Assembly (NCBI GenBank): GCA_964016885.1
Contig: OZ024741.1
Coordinates: forward strand, 49,352,001 to 49,416,000
DNA: 64,000 nucleotides
Direction of reading: 5' to 3'
DNA from: Eledone cirrhosa
Taxonomy: Eukaryota
The translations under genes were made by a program, and so were the position numbers. Each line of letters starts with the position of its first letter. Position 1 is the stretch's first letter. Positions 44,591 to 59,580 of this stretch are shown here, in pieces. Under the pieces are notes generated by a model that worked only from the letters and a program-made list of their open reading frames with translations, did no database searches and was not told where the DNA came from.

Positions 44591-45919
44591 CAAGTGAATT
44601 TAAAGTTTAATAACTTGAGTTTTATATATGTGAGAATTTATTTGTGAAAAACAAAAGAACATTTAAAAGCTTTTTGTATTTATTATATCACCGAAAGTCA
44701 AAAAAATTAACATACTTGACTTTTATTAATTTTTAAAAATAATTAATAATTACTTCAACTTTATCTAATGGGGGTAGATAATGGCTTCTGATTTAGACAC
44801 AAAGCCAACAATTTTGGAGGAGGTGAACTCGATTAAATCCACCCCCGTAAGGATGAAAGGCAAAGATAACCTCAGCGGGTTTTAATTCAGAACGTAAAGG
44901 GCTATAACTCTAAGCCACTAAGCATGTTATTTGACGCTCTACCGATTCTACCAATCCACCGCCATTATAGATATAATAGCCAAACATGTTTCTTATTTAA
45001 AAGTAGTTTAATAACCTGGACCTGCCAACCGCTAAAAACCCAAACGGAGAGTACCATGAAAAAAGTGCCCCAGAACGGGCAGAAATGAGGCAAAATGGGG
45101 GGAGATTTTACATAACGAAAGCTATACCAATGTTCTCAAGAGAAGACATCTTTTACCCACCCCAAAGTGGGTAGGAGATCTCCCCGTCGAACGAGAGAGT
45201 TGACATGTCTGTAACCCGCAAAATTATAATTTTATTAACAATTCATCTCAGTCATTTCCACCATTTGCTTGGGTTTATCTAATCAAATGCCAACATCGTT
45301 GAAATTCGCAGACATCATAAAAACGTGAGGACAACACAACTACATGTAAATAACATAACATTACATGTTGACAGTACATATAGACCAACATATATACCAG
45401 AGCTTTCCAAAATCCTTTTCACTTTAGTGACATACTTTTTAGAAATAAAATATTTATGCGTCTCATTTTATTTTGTTAGCGAAAAGAAATTAACAAAATT
45501 AATAAACAATTAAATATCAAAACCACGTGTCACCAGTTCCGAGTCTAATATTATGTAAAGTTGAATACATATAAAAATGAGAAAACTTATCGCTAGAACA
45601 GCCGTTAAAACAGCTAAAGGCTGTCAAAGACAGTGATGAGCAAAAATGCCTCAGAGGACAGAGACCAGAGGCCAGTGGTCAGCAGAGAGACACTCCACAA
45701 AGTGGGTGACGGGCAGACAGAATATAGAAAAGATTGAAAGAGGAGGAAGACAAGGTGAAGTACGCTGGCGCACAGAAGTGACTGGAAGAAGTCGGAACTC
45801 AAAGATATTTCACAGTTAAATAAATATTCGTGAAAATTAGTTGATAAAATTTCATTTAATGTCGTGACATATTAGTGTCACGACACACAGTTTGGAAATA
45901 TCTATGTATGTTGTCAATA

Positions 45920-46253
45920 TACTCTCGGGTCCCAAATAATAGGGGGTGGTGAATCGGTAATATATCTATGTTGTTTCCGTTGATTTAAAAAAAACCCAGA
46001 ATTACTGGTTTAGTTTACTTATTGGGACCCCAACTCATACTATTTATGTTATAACGTATGGGATTTCTAGTAATGTTTTTTTTTAATTGGTATAATGTTT
46101 GATAATGTATAAAGAACAATTTCGCCGGAGATTAGCAATATTTAATAAACGTGGGATGGGGTGGTGGAAAGATTCTGAAAAATTGATAAGCGGGGGTGGG
46201 TGTAAACATTTGAAAGATCAATAAGTGGGACGATTATTGGAGACCCGTGAGTA
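45920..46253. mobile_element. MITE, uninterrupted copy of the 2412-3526 family
   Basis: TIRs tactctcgggtcccaaataat / attattggagacccgtgagta. Confidence 0.8.
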
Positions 46254-46513
46254 TACTGACAATATAAAAGAAATGGTGGATATGATGATCCATAAAATAT
46301 GTTCACAGGTATCCTGGTAGATCTTTGTTAGATTGGCTAATTGGATTACTTAGAAGGTAAATCTCATTTTGGTTCAATCTGATAGAGAAAGAATTCTTTT
46401 TTTTTTGCGTTAATTTTTATAATTTTGTCACGTAAAAATATTATGATAAAAACTGGCATGATTGCTTGGAAGCGAAAGGTAAGTTCCTGTGGAAACAAGA
46501 TCGAAAGACATGA

Positions 46514-46603
<90 letters not shown>

Positions 46604-48120
46604 ATAGTGTGTCAGCCTATTCCCTAATAACTCGTGTGATTGAATATACTGGTAACTCCTCATATAGTCGTAGGGGCACCGTATTGACATCCATCGTTTC
46701 CAGGGCATTTTGAAACCTAACTAAGCCCATCTCCTCTCCAAGTCTGAATATAGCAGATTTCTTCCAGAGAAGGATAGAGAATGAAAGAAAGGAAGTTAGA
46801 AAGAGATATACAGGAAGGATCGACCCCAGTCTTAGACTGGTATTTGTTATCGACTTCGAATGGATGAAAGGCAAAGTTGACCTTGGCAGGATTTGAACTC
46901 AGGGAGCCGAAATGACTACCACCAAGCATTCTATCCGACATTCTAACGACTCTGCCAATTCATCATCTTAGAGACAAATACACACAAACGAAAAAGTAAA
47001 TTTACGAATGAAAACAATTCGCACATTTTAATAGCTACCAAAGAAACTATCTATGTTTTGTCATTATTACAAGTCAACCAAGGGCGATGGATTGACGGTA
47101 TCGGTATAGAGTCGGACACCATGCTTTGCAGCATAGAGTTATGGTCTAAGTTCAAATCCCGTCGAGGTTAACTTTGCCTTTCATCCTTACGGAGTCAATA
47201 AAATAAAGTACCAGCACTGGAGTCGGTTTAATCGACTTTCTCTTCCTCCCAAATTACTGGCCTCGTGCCAAAAGTAAAAACAATTATTACTGTCAACCAG
47301 AGTCATTAGAACGTCGGATAGTTTGCTTTGTGGTATTCGTTCCGGCTCACTGCGCTTTCAGTTCAAATCCCGCCGAGATCAACCAGGCTTTTCATCCTTT
47401 CGAGGTCGATAAAAAAGTACCAGTTCAATACCACCAAGCATTCTATCCGACTACTGCATCATTCTATCCGTTTACTGCATCATAAATTGAAATGAGTGGC
47501 GGGTCATGTAAAAATTGCAGTGATTTTATTCATTTTTACAGTGATTTATACATAATTGACCATGTAATACTTGCCTTAATGACTCCTTTCATCATTAGGG
47601 CTGCAAATGAGGGTGCTGTGTTGTTTCATAGGTGGTGTTGATAGAATGAGTTGTGTTAGTATGGACGACTTTTAAATGGGTCGTATATTACGGATACAGT
47701 TGTAATTTTTAATGTTGTTAGCAAAATATACAATATTTGTTTTGTGAAGAATTTATTTTTTACTTCAAAGATCACCGTAATTTAGTAATTGTAAGTCGAT
47801 CTATTTTACTCTTTATCTCATCACCTTTTTAATGACACTTCACCTTTACATTGATCCTTTTGAACAGCTGGTAGAATTTGTGTTCATTCGGAAATTATTT
47901 AACTATTTCTTGATTCTTCCAGCGGGTTCTGTCAGAAGTAACCATCTCCAACTGAACGGGTGGATCATCAAGCAAGACCAGCCAAGCTCATGAATATTAT
48001 CCAACCATCTTGCTCGGGGTCTAAAATCTCTTTTTCTAGACCCCAAGCAAGAAAAAGGGATTTTAGCATCAGTTTTTATATTATAGGTTTGATGATATTA
48101 CATCCTGCTTATTGTTGTTT

Positions 48121-48195
<75 letters not shown>

Positions 48196-48611
48196 ATAGT
48201 CACATGTTTGTGCTTCGTTATAAAATTCCGGGTCCCTTTTTAAAGTGGCTTGATCTCAGAATTAAATGTTTATCCTTTTGTTGGTGTTGCCATTCATTAA
48301 CTAAACAACTACCACACTCAAACATTGTTTTAATGTCGTATGATTCACTTCTTCAACGTATCAGCTGTACTTTAACTTTCAATTTTTGAAATCATACGGC
48401 TGTCATCCCTCTAATTGTCCACATATCATCAGAGGAATTTTCCATTGTGGTCAGCAAGGACAAGACTAGTAATCCATAGATATGGGTGCATTAAACCTTT
48501 AAAAAGTAACATCAAAATCTCTCATTTGATCAATACCCTCGCTAAAAAGAGAAATCTTCTGACGCCTTGGAAATTTTCTTGCAAACAACTTTGTCTTTCA
48601 TCATTCCGACA

Positions 48612-48770
48612 TACCGTATTTCCAGCGTCAAAGACGCTACTTTTTTCCTAAAATAAGTCTCAAAAATCTACCGAACGTTGTTTATTATTATTTATTTTTT
48701 CAAATTTTTGGTTGTGAAAGTTAGGGTGCGTCCTCGAGGACGAAGCATCTTCGGCGCCGGGAAATACGGT
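48612..48770. mobile_element. MITE, second copy of the 5077-5248 family
   Basis: Same TIRs and internal sequence. Confidence 0.8.
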
Positions 48771-50026
48771 GATTGTCAAGGATATTTTGTCTTTGTATTT
48801 TTGCCTTTCAAAGAATATATTTTTTTATTGTTTTATATTTTGGTTTCCTGTAATGTAGTCTCGGGCCTCGAATAATTTCTCCCTTCCAACTGTCACATTC
48901 TGGATGTTCCGTTGGATCAAGGGAGAGAAAACCGAGAGCGGGACGGTCTCTGGTCGTGACCACATGACAACCTTAAACCATTACCCCCACTACCAAGTCA
49001 TACTCGATTGCCAATAATGGCTGTAGTTGTGTAATTTGCACTACATACATTGCTTATTAAATTGTTTGTGATGTTGCTCGATGAATTATGAGCAATATCT
49101 CATTGAATATTATTGTTGTATATCTCCAGACCAACGGCGGCGAATTGGCAGAGTCGTTAGAACGTCGGATAGAATGGCTTATGGTATTCGTTCGAGCTCT
49201 CTGCTTTCTCTGAGTTCAAATTCCGCTGAGGTCAACTTTGCCTTTCATCCTTTCGAGGTTGATAGAAAAGTACCAGTCAAGTATTGGGGTTGATTCTTCC
49301 TCTATATCTCTTTCTCACTTCCTCTCTCTGTCACTTTCTAACCTTCTCTGGAAGAAATCTGTTGCACTCAGGCCTGGAGAGGGGTCAGGCTCTGCCAGGC
49401 TTACGATGCTGTATGTCACTACGGCACTCCTACGACTCCACCAGGAGTTACAGGACCATACCATATCCTCAGATCAGCACTGATTGAGCAGGTCTATAAT
49501 CAAAGATATTCTTACCATGACAATCCAATTATTTTACGATTATGTAAGACTACATTATCGAATGTGTCCTTTCAATATTTTTAAGACAGTGGGATGGAAT
49601 TTGAAGGATATTTGGCTGCTATTTCTAGCGACGACATAGCAAATCCCTGGTTGGCTCGTCTAAGTCTCTTACATTATTGTTTGCCCCACCCAGCCTACCA
49701 TAAAGATAGCCTAAGTTATCTTCTTTGGCCGAATAAAACAGCTGTCATAATATTCCGATCTCGAATAATGTCATCTAGTACATGGTAACCTTGGTAACAA
49801 TAATAGGGTCACTGAGTAATTGATGTTCCCTACTGTGATCTTCTGTTTGTACTAAGTGTAGGGTATTGAAGAAGATTTAGTTCTAGATCTTTTCTAAGTG
49901 TTTACTTTGTATGTGTATTTGTGTGTGTCTGTGTTGATGGTTGATGAGCTTGGATATCTGTTCAATCTATCCAATGATAGATAGACAATGGTACAAGTCT
50001 TTATTACCAAAGGGTGGGGTTTAATG

Positions 50027-50116
<90 letters not shown>

Positions 50117-51665
50117 CGTGTGTGTTTGTGTTTGTGTGTTATATGTATGTATATATATATATTATATGTATATATATGTATATATGTGCGTGTGTGCACG
50201 TATGAGTGTGAGTGTGCGTGTGTTTGCACGTGTGTGTTTGTGTATGTATATAATTTTAGTTTTCGGTTATTCAAGACCACAGGCTATGGAAAGAATTAGC
50301 AGAAGGTGACATAAATAATATTATAAGCTGTGTACTAAAAATTTATATTTGTTTCTCTCCGAATGTGGAGGTCTTAAAGTTGTACTCAAATACTGATATG
50401 CTGACGAGATCAAATAGTATGAAACAAATGTCCAGAATTCTCCCACATGTGCAATCAATAATCAGTCATCAATAATCAGTCATCTCAATCATAGATTGGC
50501 TCCAGGACTTTTTCTCAATTTCTAGAAATTCTCTCTTTTTCTCTTCGAGTGTGGAAAATTTCGATTAAATTTAGAACTCATTATATACAGCATTAACTTA
50601 ATTTTCCAAATTTATGCCGCTTGAATTATTGTAAGGAAGATTTAAAGCTGTTAAAATCTTTTCGGCAGCTGCCATGATTCAGAGTTTGATATTCCCAAAG
50701 CCTGGAAAGCATTTGTAATGACTATCTTTAAGATTGAAATAGTGTTTTCAGTCTTTTAATCATCATTTACCAGGTAAACACATGTAATATTTCACATAAG
50801 ATGTAAATTTACGGAAAAAAAAAAAAAATAAAATAATAATAATAAATAAAATAAATTTAGACCTACCAAAAATTAAATTTAGAACTCTAAAATTAGATTT
50901 AGAATTACATAAGCAGGTATCAACTGCACGTTAAAATAACATGAACAGCACATAATCCTTTTTCTTTTTACCAGAATATAGAACTAACTACCTGTGCTTA
51001 ATAATACTCCTGACTAGCAACAAACGAGTTGCAAAACATTAATATCTTAGAACATTTTTTATAAATAATCATTGACATATAGGGTTGTTTGAAATATTTT
51101 TAGAAATGAAGAAAATTTCGAACTCAGGAGAATAGGTGTTAAAACATCTTTAGAAAATCGGGGACCGTTAGATGGAACAAAAGGATCAGCAGCCGTTACA
51201 GAGAATCGAAATATTTGACACAAAATGTAAGTGGCCATCTTAAACATTTTATGAGTGTCTTAAGTATTTTAACCACCATCGACGAGTTCAAATCTCGTCG
51301 AGGTCGACTTTGCCTTTCATCCTAACGGGGTCGACAGAATAAAGTACCAGTAATGCACTGGAGTTGATTTAATCGACCCTCCTCCTCCCCAAAACAATTA
51401 CTGGCTTTGTGTCTAAATCAGAAACCAATATTGATACATGTAAACTTACGGCAAAAAAATAAAATTTAGAACTACACAAAATGAAATTTAGAACTACAAA
51501 ATTAGATTAGACTTGAGCAGGTGTCAACTACACGTTCAAATAATCAACAGAAACATAATATAGAACTAACTGCCCGTGATTAATAATACTCCTAACTACC
51601 AACAAACGAGTTTTAAAATATTAATATATTAGAACAGTTTTGTAAATAAACATTGATGTGTGGAG

Positions 51666-51834
51666 TTAGAACTACGCAAAATTAGATTTAGGGCTACACA
51701 AAATTATATTTAGGGCTACGCAAAATTATATTTAGAACTATATAAAATTAGATTTACAACTGCACAAAATTATATTTAGAACTACGCAAAAATAAATTTA
51801 GGGCTACACAAAATTATATTTAGGGCTACACAAA
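51666..51834. repeat. 22-bp minisatellite (ttagaactacgcaaaattagat-like) within a dispersed repeat family
   Basis: About 8 units; related sequence near 41540-41830, 50640-51260 and 55630-56050(-). Confidence 0.8.
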
Positions 51835-52424
51835 AAGGGATCAACTGCTCATTAAAATAATTGTTTCTACTTTAGGCACAGGGCTAGCAATTATCCAGTG
51901 CATTACTGGTACTTTATTTTATCGACCCCGTAAGGATGAAAGGCAAAGTCAACCTCGGCGGGATTTGAACTCAGATCGTAAAGGGACGTAACTATGCTGG
52001 AAAGCATGACGTCCGAGCCTCTACCGATACTGCCAATCCAAATCATTGGTGATGTGTCCACTTCCTTATAATTTATCTAGTATCTTTGAATATCCACTCG
52101 ATACAGAGACATTTGTAATGTTTGGCCTCCAAAATTCCAATCAAAAGCACTCTGTCTCTTTAGAGATCCTAAACTCTAGAACTCCTTCTCTGTTGACATT
52201 CTACACCCGACTCCATCATCCTTAAATTGTTCAAGCTGAATATCAATCACTTCGACTAAAACAAGTTTGACCATGACGTTGTAAGGTACAAAAGAATATT
52301 TCGTGTTAATTTGTTTCATGTTATTGGACGATGTTTGATAAAGTAAAAAAGACATTGGCATGTTTTGAGTATATAATACATGCAGGAACTCATTCTTCTC
52401 CAGGTCGGAACACAGCCGATCTCT

Positions 52425-52535
<111 letters not shown>

Positions 52536-52998
52536 CAGTACCGGACGGACTGGTACTTTATTTATCGACCTGGAAAAGGGTGGAAAACAAAGATGCCTTT
52601 GGAACATATCCCGAGACATTTATTACCCCCCTCCCCTCCCCAAGAAACCATTTCTAATTCGCCGACAAATTTACAACAGACATATTTGAAATATATGTCA
52701 AATGATCCTACAATTTTATTTCCCTTGTGTGTTTTACAGTGACGATATAAGACAACACAAGTGTCTCGTTGTGAAATGTATCGTTGGAAAACAATCCTTT
52801 CTATAGCAGCTTAGCTTTGGAGTTGATATGGATAATGTGATACTTTGTACTATCATTTGCTTTGGTGGAGTAGTTGGTGGTCGGATGTATTTCGTCACTA
52901 CACCCTAATTTTTATTTATTCATCTATTAGTTTAGTTTATTTATTTAAGAGGAATATTACAAAAGAATTGTGTGAAATGTATTGAGGATAGTAATACG

Positions 52999-53043
<45 letters not shown>

Positions 53044-54057
53044 ACACATACACGCACACACACACACATATATATATATATATAATTAATACAATAACAG
53101 AGATAGTTTAAAGCTAATCTCTGACTGGTAACCATCTCACTCAACAAACATTAGGTTATATTTTAATATAAACCCAATTTAAGTGTTTGGGGTGCTAACA
53201 ATATGTCGGACGCCATGCTTTGACGCATAGAGTTACGTCCCTTGCCATTCTGAGTTCAAAGCCCGCCAAGGTTAACTTTGCCTTTCATCCTCATGGGGTC
53301 GACGAAATAAAGTACCAGTAATGCACTGGGTATTTGCTGGCCTTGTGCCAAAAGTAGAAACAATTATGTGGAAAAGCCAGTTGTATTATTTTATGAGATA
53401 TAATTAAAGTTAAAATATATCTCTCTTTCCAAACAATTGTTTCATTATAAGTTTTCTACAATCTCGGAGAATATTTCCAGTTTATGTAGAAGCCTAAAAT
53501 ACATTCATGTTAGAATATATTTAGGTGGGCGCTTATAAATCATCAGTGGAAGCTCATTAAACTTTGATATAAGAAAAAAAATTTTCTTACCGCAGTTAAA
53601 ATTCGCTCCTTCCCGCATCGAATGACCGGCAAATTTGAAATTCCAGCAGTTTTTGACTGAGGAAGTATTATAGCGTCACTAAGCGGGAAGGGGAGACAAC
53701 TACGATCCACGAAAGGAGGAAAAAAAAATAATATACACGCGGGTTAATTAGTTTTTTCGAAAACATTATTAATCCAACGTGTTAAGAACTCAATTGAAAT
53801 TAAAAAAATAAATATATGCGTGTATAAATTACACACGCATATAGATATTTTCTTAGGCTAAAATCAGAGGTTGTACCTGAATAAGAAACCGCATCTCGTA
53901 ACCGTAGTAAATACGGAAAGTTATGCTTTAAAGGGCAAATGGGAATGTAAATCTCCGGCCGGTAGATTCCCGAGTTGTGTCGAGGTAACCACAGTTAAAA
54001 AAAGGTACTCAATACGTTGATAAAGTATAGGCATTTTTAGTTTATATGAAAATGACT

Positions 54058-55219
<1,162 letters not shown>

Positions 55220-55241
<22 letters not shown>

Positions 55242-55485
55242 TAAGAAATTTGAGAGATCTGCATGGTGTGGACATGGATGTTTTCAAGAAACTTCTTGAC
55301 ACTCTGCTATCCAGGATCCCAGATGAACCCTAAGCACAGAACAAAGGTAACCTAAAGGCAGAGGCAACGAACTCCCTCCTACACCAATGGCCACCCAACA
55401 AAGGGTGGATATAGTACGTGTAGCAACAAGGGCGGTGACCAAGCATGGTTCCAGCTGTATAGCTGCAGCAGGTAAAAGAGTAAAT
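55220..55485 (+). mobile_element. CR1-type LINE 3' fragment
   Basis: Translates LRNLRDLHGVDMDVFKKLLDTLLSRIPDEP*..AEATNSLLHQ, resembling a CR1-group ORF2 C-terminus. Confidence 0.65.
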
Positions 55486-56174
55486 ATTTTCGAACGCAGA
55501 AGAATATGGATGAAAAACATCTTTAGGGGGGCGATTAAATCACTCCAGTGCATTACTGGTATTTTATTCTATCGACCTCGTTAAGATGAAAGGCAAAGTT
55601 GACCTCGGCGAGATTTGACCTCGTCGATGGTAGTTAAAATACTTAAGATATTCATAAAATGTTTAAAATAGCCATTATAAATGCTTCTCACACTCAGAGA
55701 ATATCAAACACCAGGTTATACGACCGGCTTCAAAGATTTGTGCAGTAAAATTTCCTTAAAATATATCCTGGACGTTTAAACCTTCGAAAGAAGTGAAATA
55801 ACGACAGTTAGAAATTATAACTGGGCCGCTTGTGTAGTTCTAAATCTAATTTTGTGCAGTAAGTTAATATTTTGTGTCAAATATTACAAGTGCTTATATT
55901 GTAAATGATTGTTTAAAGATTTAAACACTCATAAGATGTTAAAAAATTCCATTATACATGGTTCTCAGACTCAGAGAATATTAAACACTGAATAATGGTA
56001 CCTATCTCAAAAAATTTGTGTGTTTAAAATACCCTTAAAGTAAACCCTGAGTCTCACTTAATATATATATATATATTTCAAGCATGTGTGTTGTGTATTG
56101 TATATGTATATATAATATATATATATATAGATGAAAATGCGAAGTTGAAGGTGTTAGAGTCCTTTATTATTTGA

Positions 56175-56225
56175 GCCGTTATATATATTTCAATGACGTT
56201 AAACATCGTGATCTCTTCAGACAGC
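56175..56225 (-). ncRNA. Minimal type I hammerhead ribozyme
   Basis: GCTGT-CTGAAGA-GAT..ATT-GAAA-T-ATAT-A-TA-ACGGC; AUA site. Confidence 0.8.
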
Positions 56226-56413
56226 AAAAATTGATTAAATGGTCACAGTTCTGAGATAATTTTATTTGGAAGGGAGCGGACTAAAAAAAAAATGTGTTTT
56301 TGCTTGTAAATTGCAGTGAATTAACAACCCAACAAGGAACTGGGCATATCAGAGTATTGACAATACTATACACCTAAACAACATATGTACTTGTCTATAC
56401 CATACTAATTCAA

Positions 56414-56468
56414 ACTGCCTGAAGAGGTCACAGCCAAAGATGGCTGTCACTGAAATATATATAGCAGT
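56414..56468 (+). ncRNA. Minimal type I hammerhead ribozyme
   Basis: ACTGC-CTGAAGA-GGTcACAGCCA-aaga-TGGCTGTcACT-GAAA-T-ATAT-A-TA-GCAGT; perfect stem I. Confidence 0.9.
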
Positions 56469-56637
56469 AATAAACGAAGCTAAATTTTAATCATTTAACT
56501 TTTATTTAACTTTATTTTACACTACTCCGGAGTAACCAAACCAACCTGCGCACTTCGTCGAGTGCCCCAGCCTGCATACTGATGTGTTGGTATACAACCA
56601 ACATAAACTCAAAATCTATGAATATATATATATATAT

Positions 56638-56855
56638 AGGCATGTGGCTGAGCGGTTAGGGAATTGGATTCGCAATCGTAAGGTTGTGAGTTCGATTCCT
56701 GGACCAGGCGATGCGTTATGTCCTTGAGCAAGACACTTTATTTCACGTTGCTCCTTCTACCTGGAGTTGCGACCGATAGATAGTATTAGCAATTGGAAAG
56801 ACCAACGGAAACATTGTTCCCTCGGTCCGATTTGACGAAAGTCGATCGTTCCTTC
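56638..56855 (+). mobile_element. tRNA-derived SINE family D
   Basis: ggcatgtggctgagcggttag..gagttcgattcctgg head; internally deleted copy at 40319-40462. Confidence 0.8.
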
Positions 56856-56908
56856 TCATATATATATATTCATATATATTATATATATATTATATATATA
56901 TATATATC

Positions 56909-56944
<36 letters not shown>

Positions 56945-56994
56945 TCATATATATTATATATATATTATATATATATTATATATATATATATATA

Positions 56995-59012
56995 TTTATT
57001 AAAATAACAGATTAAAGTTTAAGCAAAGAATCGCTGCTTTCACCCTTAACGGGATCTTCTGAAACTAACAAAGTCAATCTGTAAACGCAGAAGTGGATAT
57101 TTCAAAAAACGTTGCAACCGGAGGAAGACAGGAAGACGATACTTTGGTTCGTGGAAACATTCGCTATGCAAATAAGTAATGGTATAAACAAAACATATAC
57201 TTAGCTCCCACATCAAGACGTAAAATATCCACATATAAATCGTACTATCCGTTAGGGTATAACGTGGGGCTGTAATACAGGAAAGTTTTGTGCAATTTAT
57301 GTTTACAAGCCGAAATTGCCTCAGATTTTTTGTTTAAGATGTGGTCTGTGGCGTAGAGTATTTCCAGGGCCTCAGCGGCGCCGAGGTCACATGGTCTTTT
57401 ATTTCCGTTATATGATATAGCCCTAGCTAGGATCTTCCAGTGTAACTTATATTGGGTGTGGTTGTCTTTTAGAATCCAGATATAAGCTGAAAGTGACGTC
57501 ATGTTCCTTCTTAGAGAGTAACGAAAAGAATGGGTATGCGTGTAAAGACGCTGCTTGAATCTATTGGCGGTTAACCCTATGTAGGCCCTACGGGACGTGG
57601 GTTTTACAACCTTACATTTGTAGACAATGTTACTAGAGAGGCATTTCCCGGATACGGGGCAATCAACCCGATTCCTACAATTACAGTTAGTACTAACTAC
57701 AGGGTTGCACGTGTTCCTACGGCTAGGTAGCTTAGCTAAATTTGAAGCTGTGATGTTATGTGCAAGGTTAGGAGTCGTAGAGTAAGAAATTTTAATAGTA
57801 TTTCTATTAAAAATTTTACTATATTTATGTGTAGGGGGAAAATGCTTCGTAATAAGGGAAAGAAAGATCTTAGCTAATGGTGTGGCCACCTCCATATTAT
57901 ATGGTGGGTTATACCAACAAATGCGACGGGATCTATTTCTACTAGGTCTATTTTCGTACTCTGCATATGCTACCTTATCGACAAATCCACTTCGAGCAAG
58001 AGCTTCATTGTAATAAGTGGAATGGTCGTTGAAAATACGCTCGTTGGTGGAAAGACGGGAAAGCCTCAACGAAACGTTTCTTACCAGGTTCTTGGTTATG
58101 CTGGCAGGATGGTTGGAATGCTTACTTATGTAATTAAGCGTATCATTCGGCTTTCTATACGGGTAATACAACCCATTCAATAAATTGAGGGTAACGTCGA
58201 GGTAATTAACGACCGAGAGATTGGCCTCAACCTGTATATAGAGGTTGAAGCCTTTAAAGAAGGCTGTGAGTTCTTTTCTGAACCTGTCGCAAGCACGAGG
58301 TCCGCACTTAGTCATGGTCAAAAGACCATCGTCACGGTACAAACCACCGCCCGCGTTGGGGAATTCGTCCTTGATAGAGAAAAGAAGGAAAAGGCCGATA
58401 AGATCAGTAACCTCCGCAGAATCACTGGCGCCCATACTCACGTCGAATGGGGTACTGTTGGATTTTTTAATCCAAATAGAGTCGTCGAAATTAATCACCG
58501 ACTTTCGGGCATTGAGGATGACATCAACTTCGAAATCCTTAACCACTGTGAGTGTTTTAGCGAAATTGATAGCTCTAAGGAGAAGTGGTAAAGTGATGGA
58601 GGAGTAGTAATTGTTGATGTCGAATTGGATAAAACGGCAATGTTCCTTGTTACATATGCCGTTGAACCAATCAATCACCGCGAAAGAATTGTTCCACGGT
58701 GCAAGAGGGGCCAAACTTCTAATTTCAGGTATAATTCTATTTTATTTGCATAGCGAACGTTTCCACGAACCAAAGTATCGTCTTCCTGTCTTCCTCCGGT
58801 TGCAACGTTTTTTGAAATATCCACTTCTGCGTTTACAGATTGACTTTGTTAGTTTCAGAAGATCCCGTTAAGGGTGAAAGCAGCGATTCTTTGCTTAAAC
58901 TTTAATCTGTTATTTTAATAAATATTTGCTCTACGGTTCTTATATATTTGATATATATTTATCCTTATCGAGCCCTCTTTGTATTTTAGTCTTCAAATTT
59001 ATTATTATTACT
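56995..59012 (-). mobile_element. 5'-truncated Naiad-like PLE with an inverted pLTR at its 5' end
   Basis: 56995-57175 and 58740-58920 are inverted repeats around the ORF; the inverted copy extends ~90 bp further; TA-flanked. Confidence 0.93.
57245..58714 (-). CDS. PLE reverse transcriptase (partial) plus GIY-YIG endonuclease, uninterrupted
   Basis: FIQFDINNYYSSI, FDVSMGASDSAE, GLYRDDGL, YLDVTL, YRKPN, SNHP, WYNPPY, CNCRNRVDCP, IVYKC..YIGLT..FKQRLYTH. Confidence 0.93.
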   Translation of the reverse strand: MAPLAPWNNSFAVIDWFNGICNKEHCRFIQFDINNYYSSITLPLLLRAINFAKTLTVVKDFEVDVILNARKSVINFDDSIWIKKSNSTPFDVSMGASDSAEVTDLIGLFLLFSIKDEFPNAGGGLYRDDGLLTMTKCGPRACDRFRKELTAFFKGFNLYIQVEANLSVVNYLDVTLNLLNGLYYPYRKPNDTLNYISKHSNHPASITKNLVRNVSLRLSRLSTNERIFNDHSTYYNEALARSGFVDKVAYAEYENRPSRNRSRRICWYNPPYNMEVATPLAKIFLSLITKHFPPTHKYSKIFNRNTIKISYSTTPNLAHNITASNLAKLPSRRNTCNPVVSTNCNCRNRVDCPVSGKCLSSNIVYKCKVVKPTSRRAYIGLTANRFKQRLYTHTHSFRYSLRRNMTSLSAYIWILKDNHTQYKLHWKILARAISYNGNKRPCDLGAAEALEILYATDHILNKKSEAISACKHKLHKTFLYYSPTLYPNG

Positions 59013-59026
59013 ATATATATATATAT

Positions 59027-59370
59027 GGAGGCACATGGCTTAGTGGTTAGAGCATTGGCCTTTCAATCGAAAGGTTGTGAGTTAAATTCTCAGACCGGGT
59101 GATGTGTTGTTTCCTTGAGCAAGACACTTTATTTCACGTTGCTCCAGTTTACTCAGCTGTAGAAATGAGATGATAGGGACTGGGGTCCCTATCATTCCAC
59201 TGCAAAGTGGTCGTGGAGGGGCCACGGAAAAAAAGCACCCAGCACTCACTGTAAATGAGGTTGGTGTTAGGAAGGGCATCCAGCTGTAGAAATCAAGCCA
59301 GAATCAGTTCCCGTCCCACCCTTGCAAGCAGGGAAAAGCGGACGTAAAATGAAATGATGATGAAATGATA
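59027..59370 (+). mobile_element. tRNA-derived SINE family C, full copy with (ATG)n-like tail
   Basis: tRNA head, central domain, gttggtgttaggaagggcatccagctgtagaaa segment, gatgatga tail. Confidence 0.85.
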
Positions 59371-59522
59371 TATAATTTAATGTATAATAAACAATACAAT
59401 ATAATTACCTCATTACCAGAGGTTTCCCGAATAAGACGAATACAAAAAACGTCCTCATTCGTTCATCGGACAAGGCAATTTAAAACTTAGTGAAATGTTT
59501 GAAAATGTCCTTAATCTATATA

Positions 59523-59555
<33 letters not shown>

Positions 59556-59580
59556 GCATATATATATGTATATATATATA

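Noticed and set aside
59027-59100. tRNA genes
   Set aside because: The tRNA-like heads continue into SINE bodies and lack a full cloverleaf and terminator.
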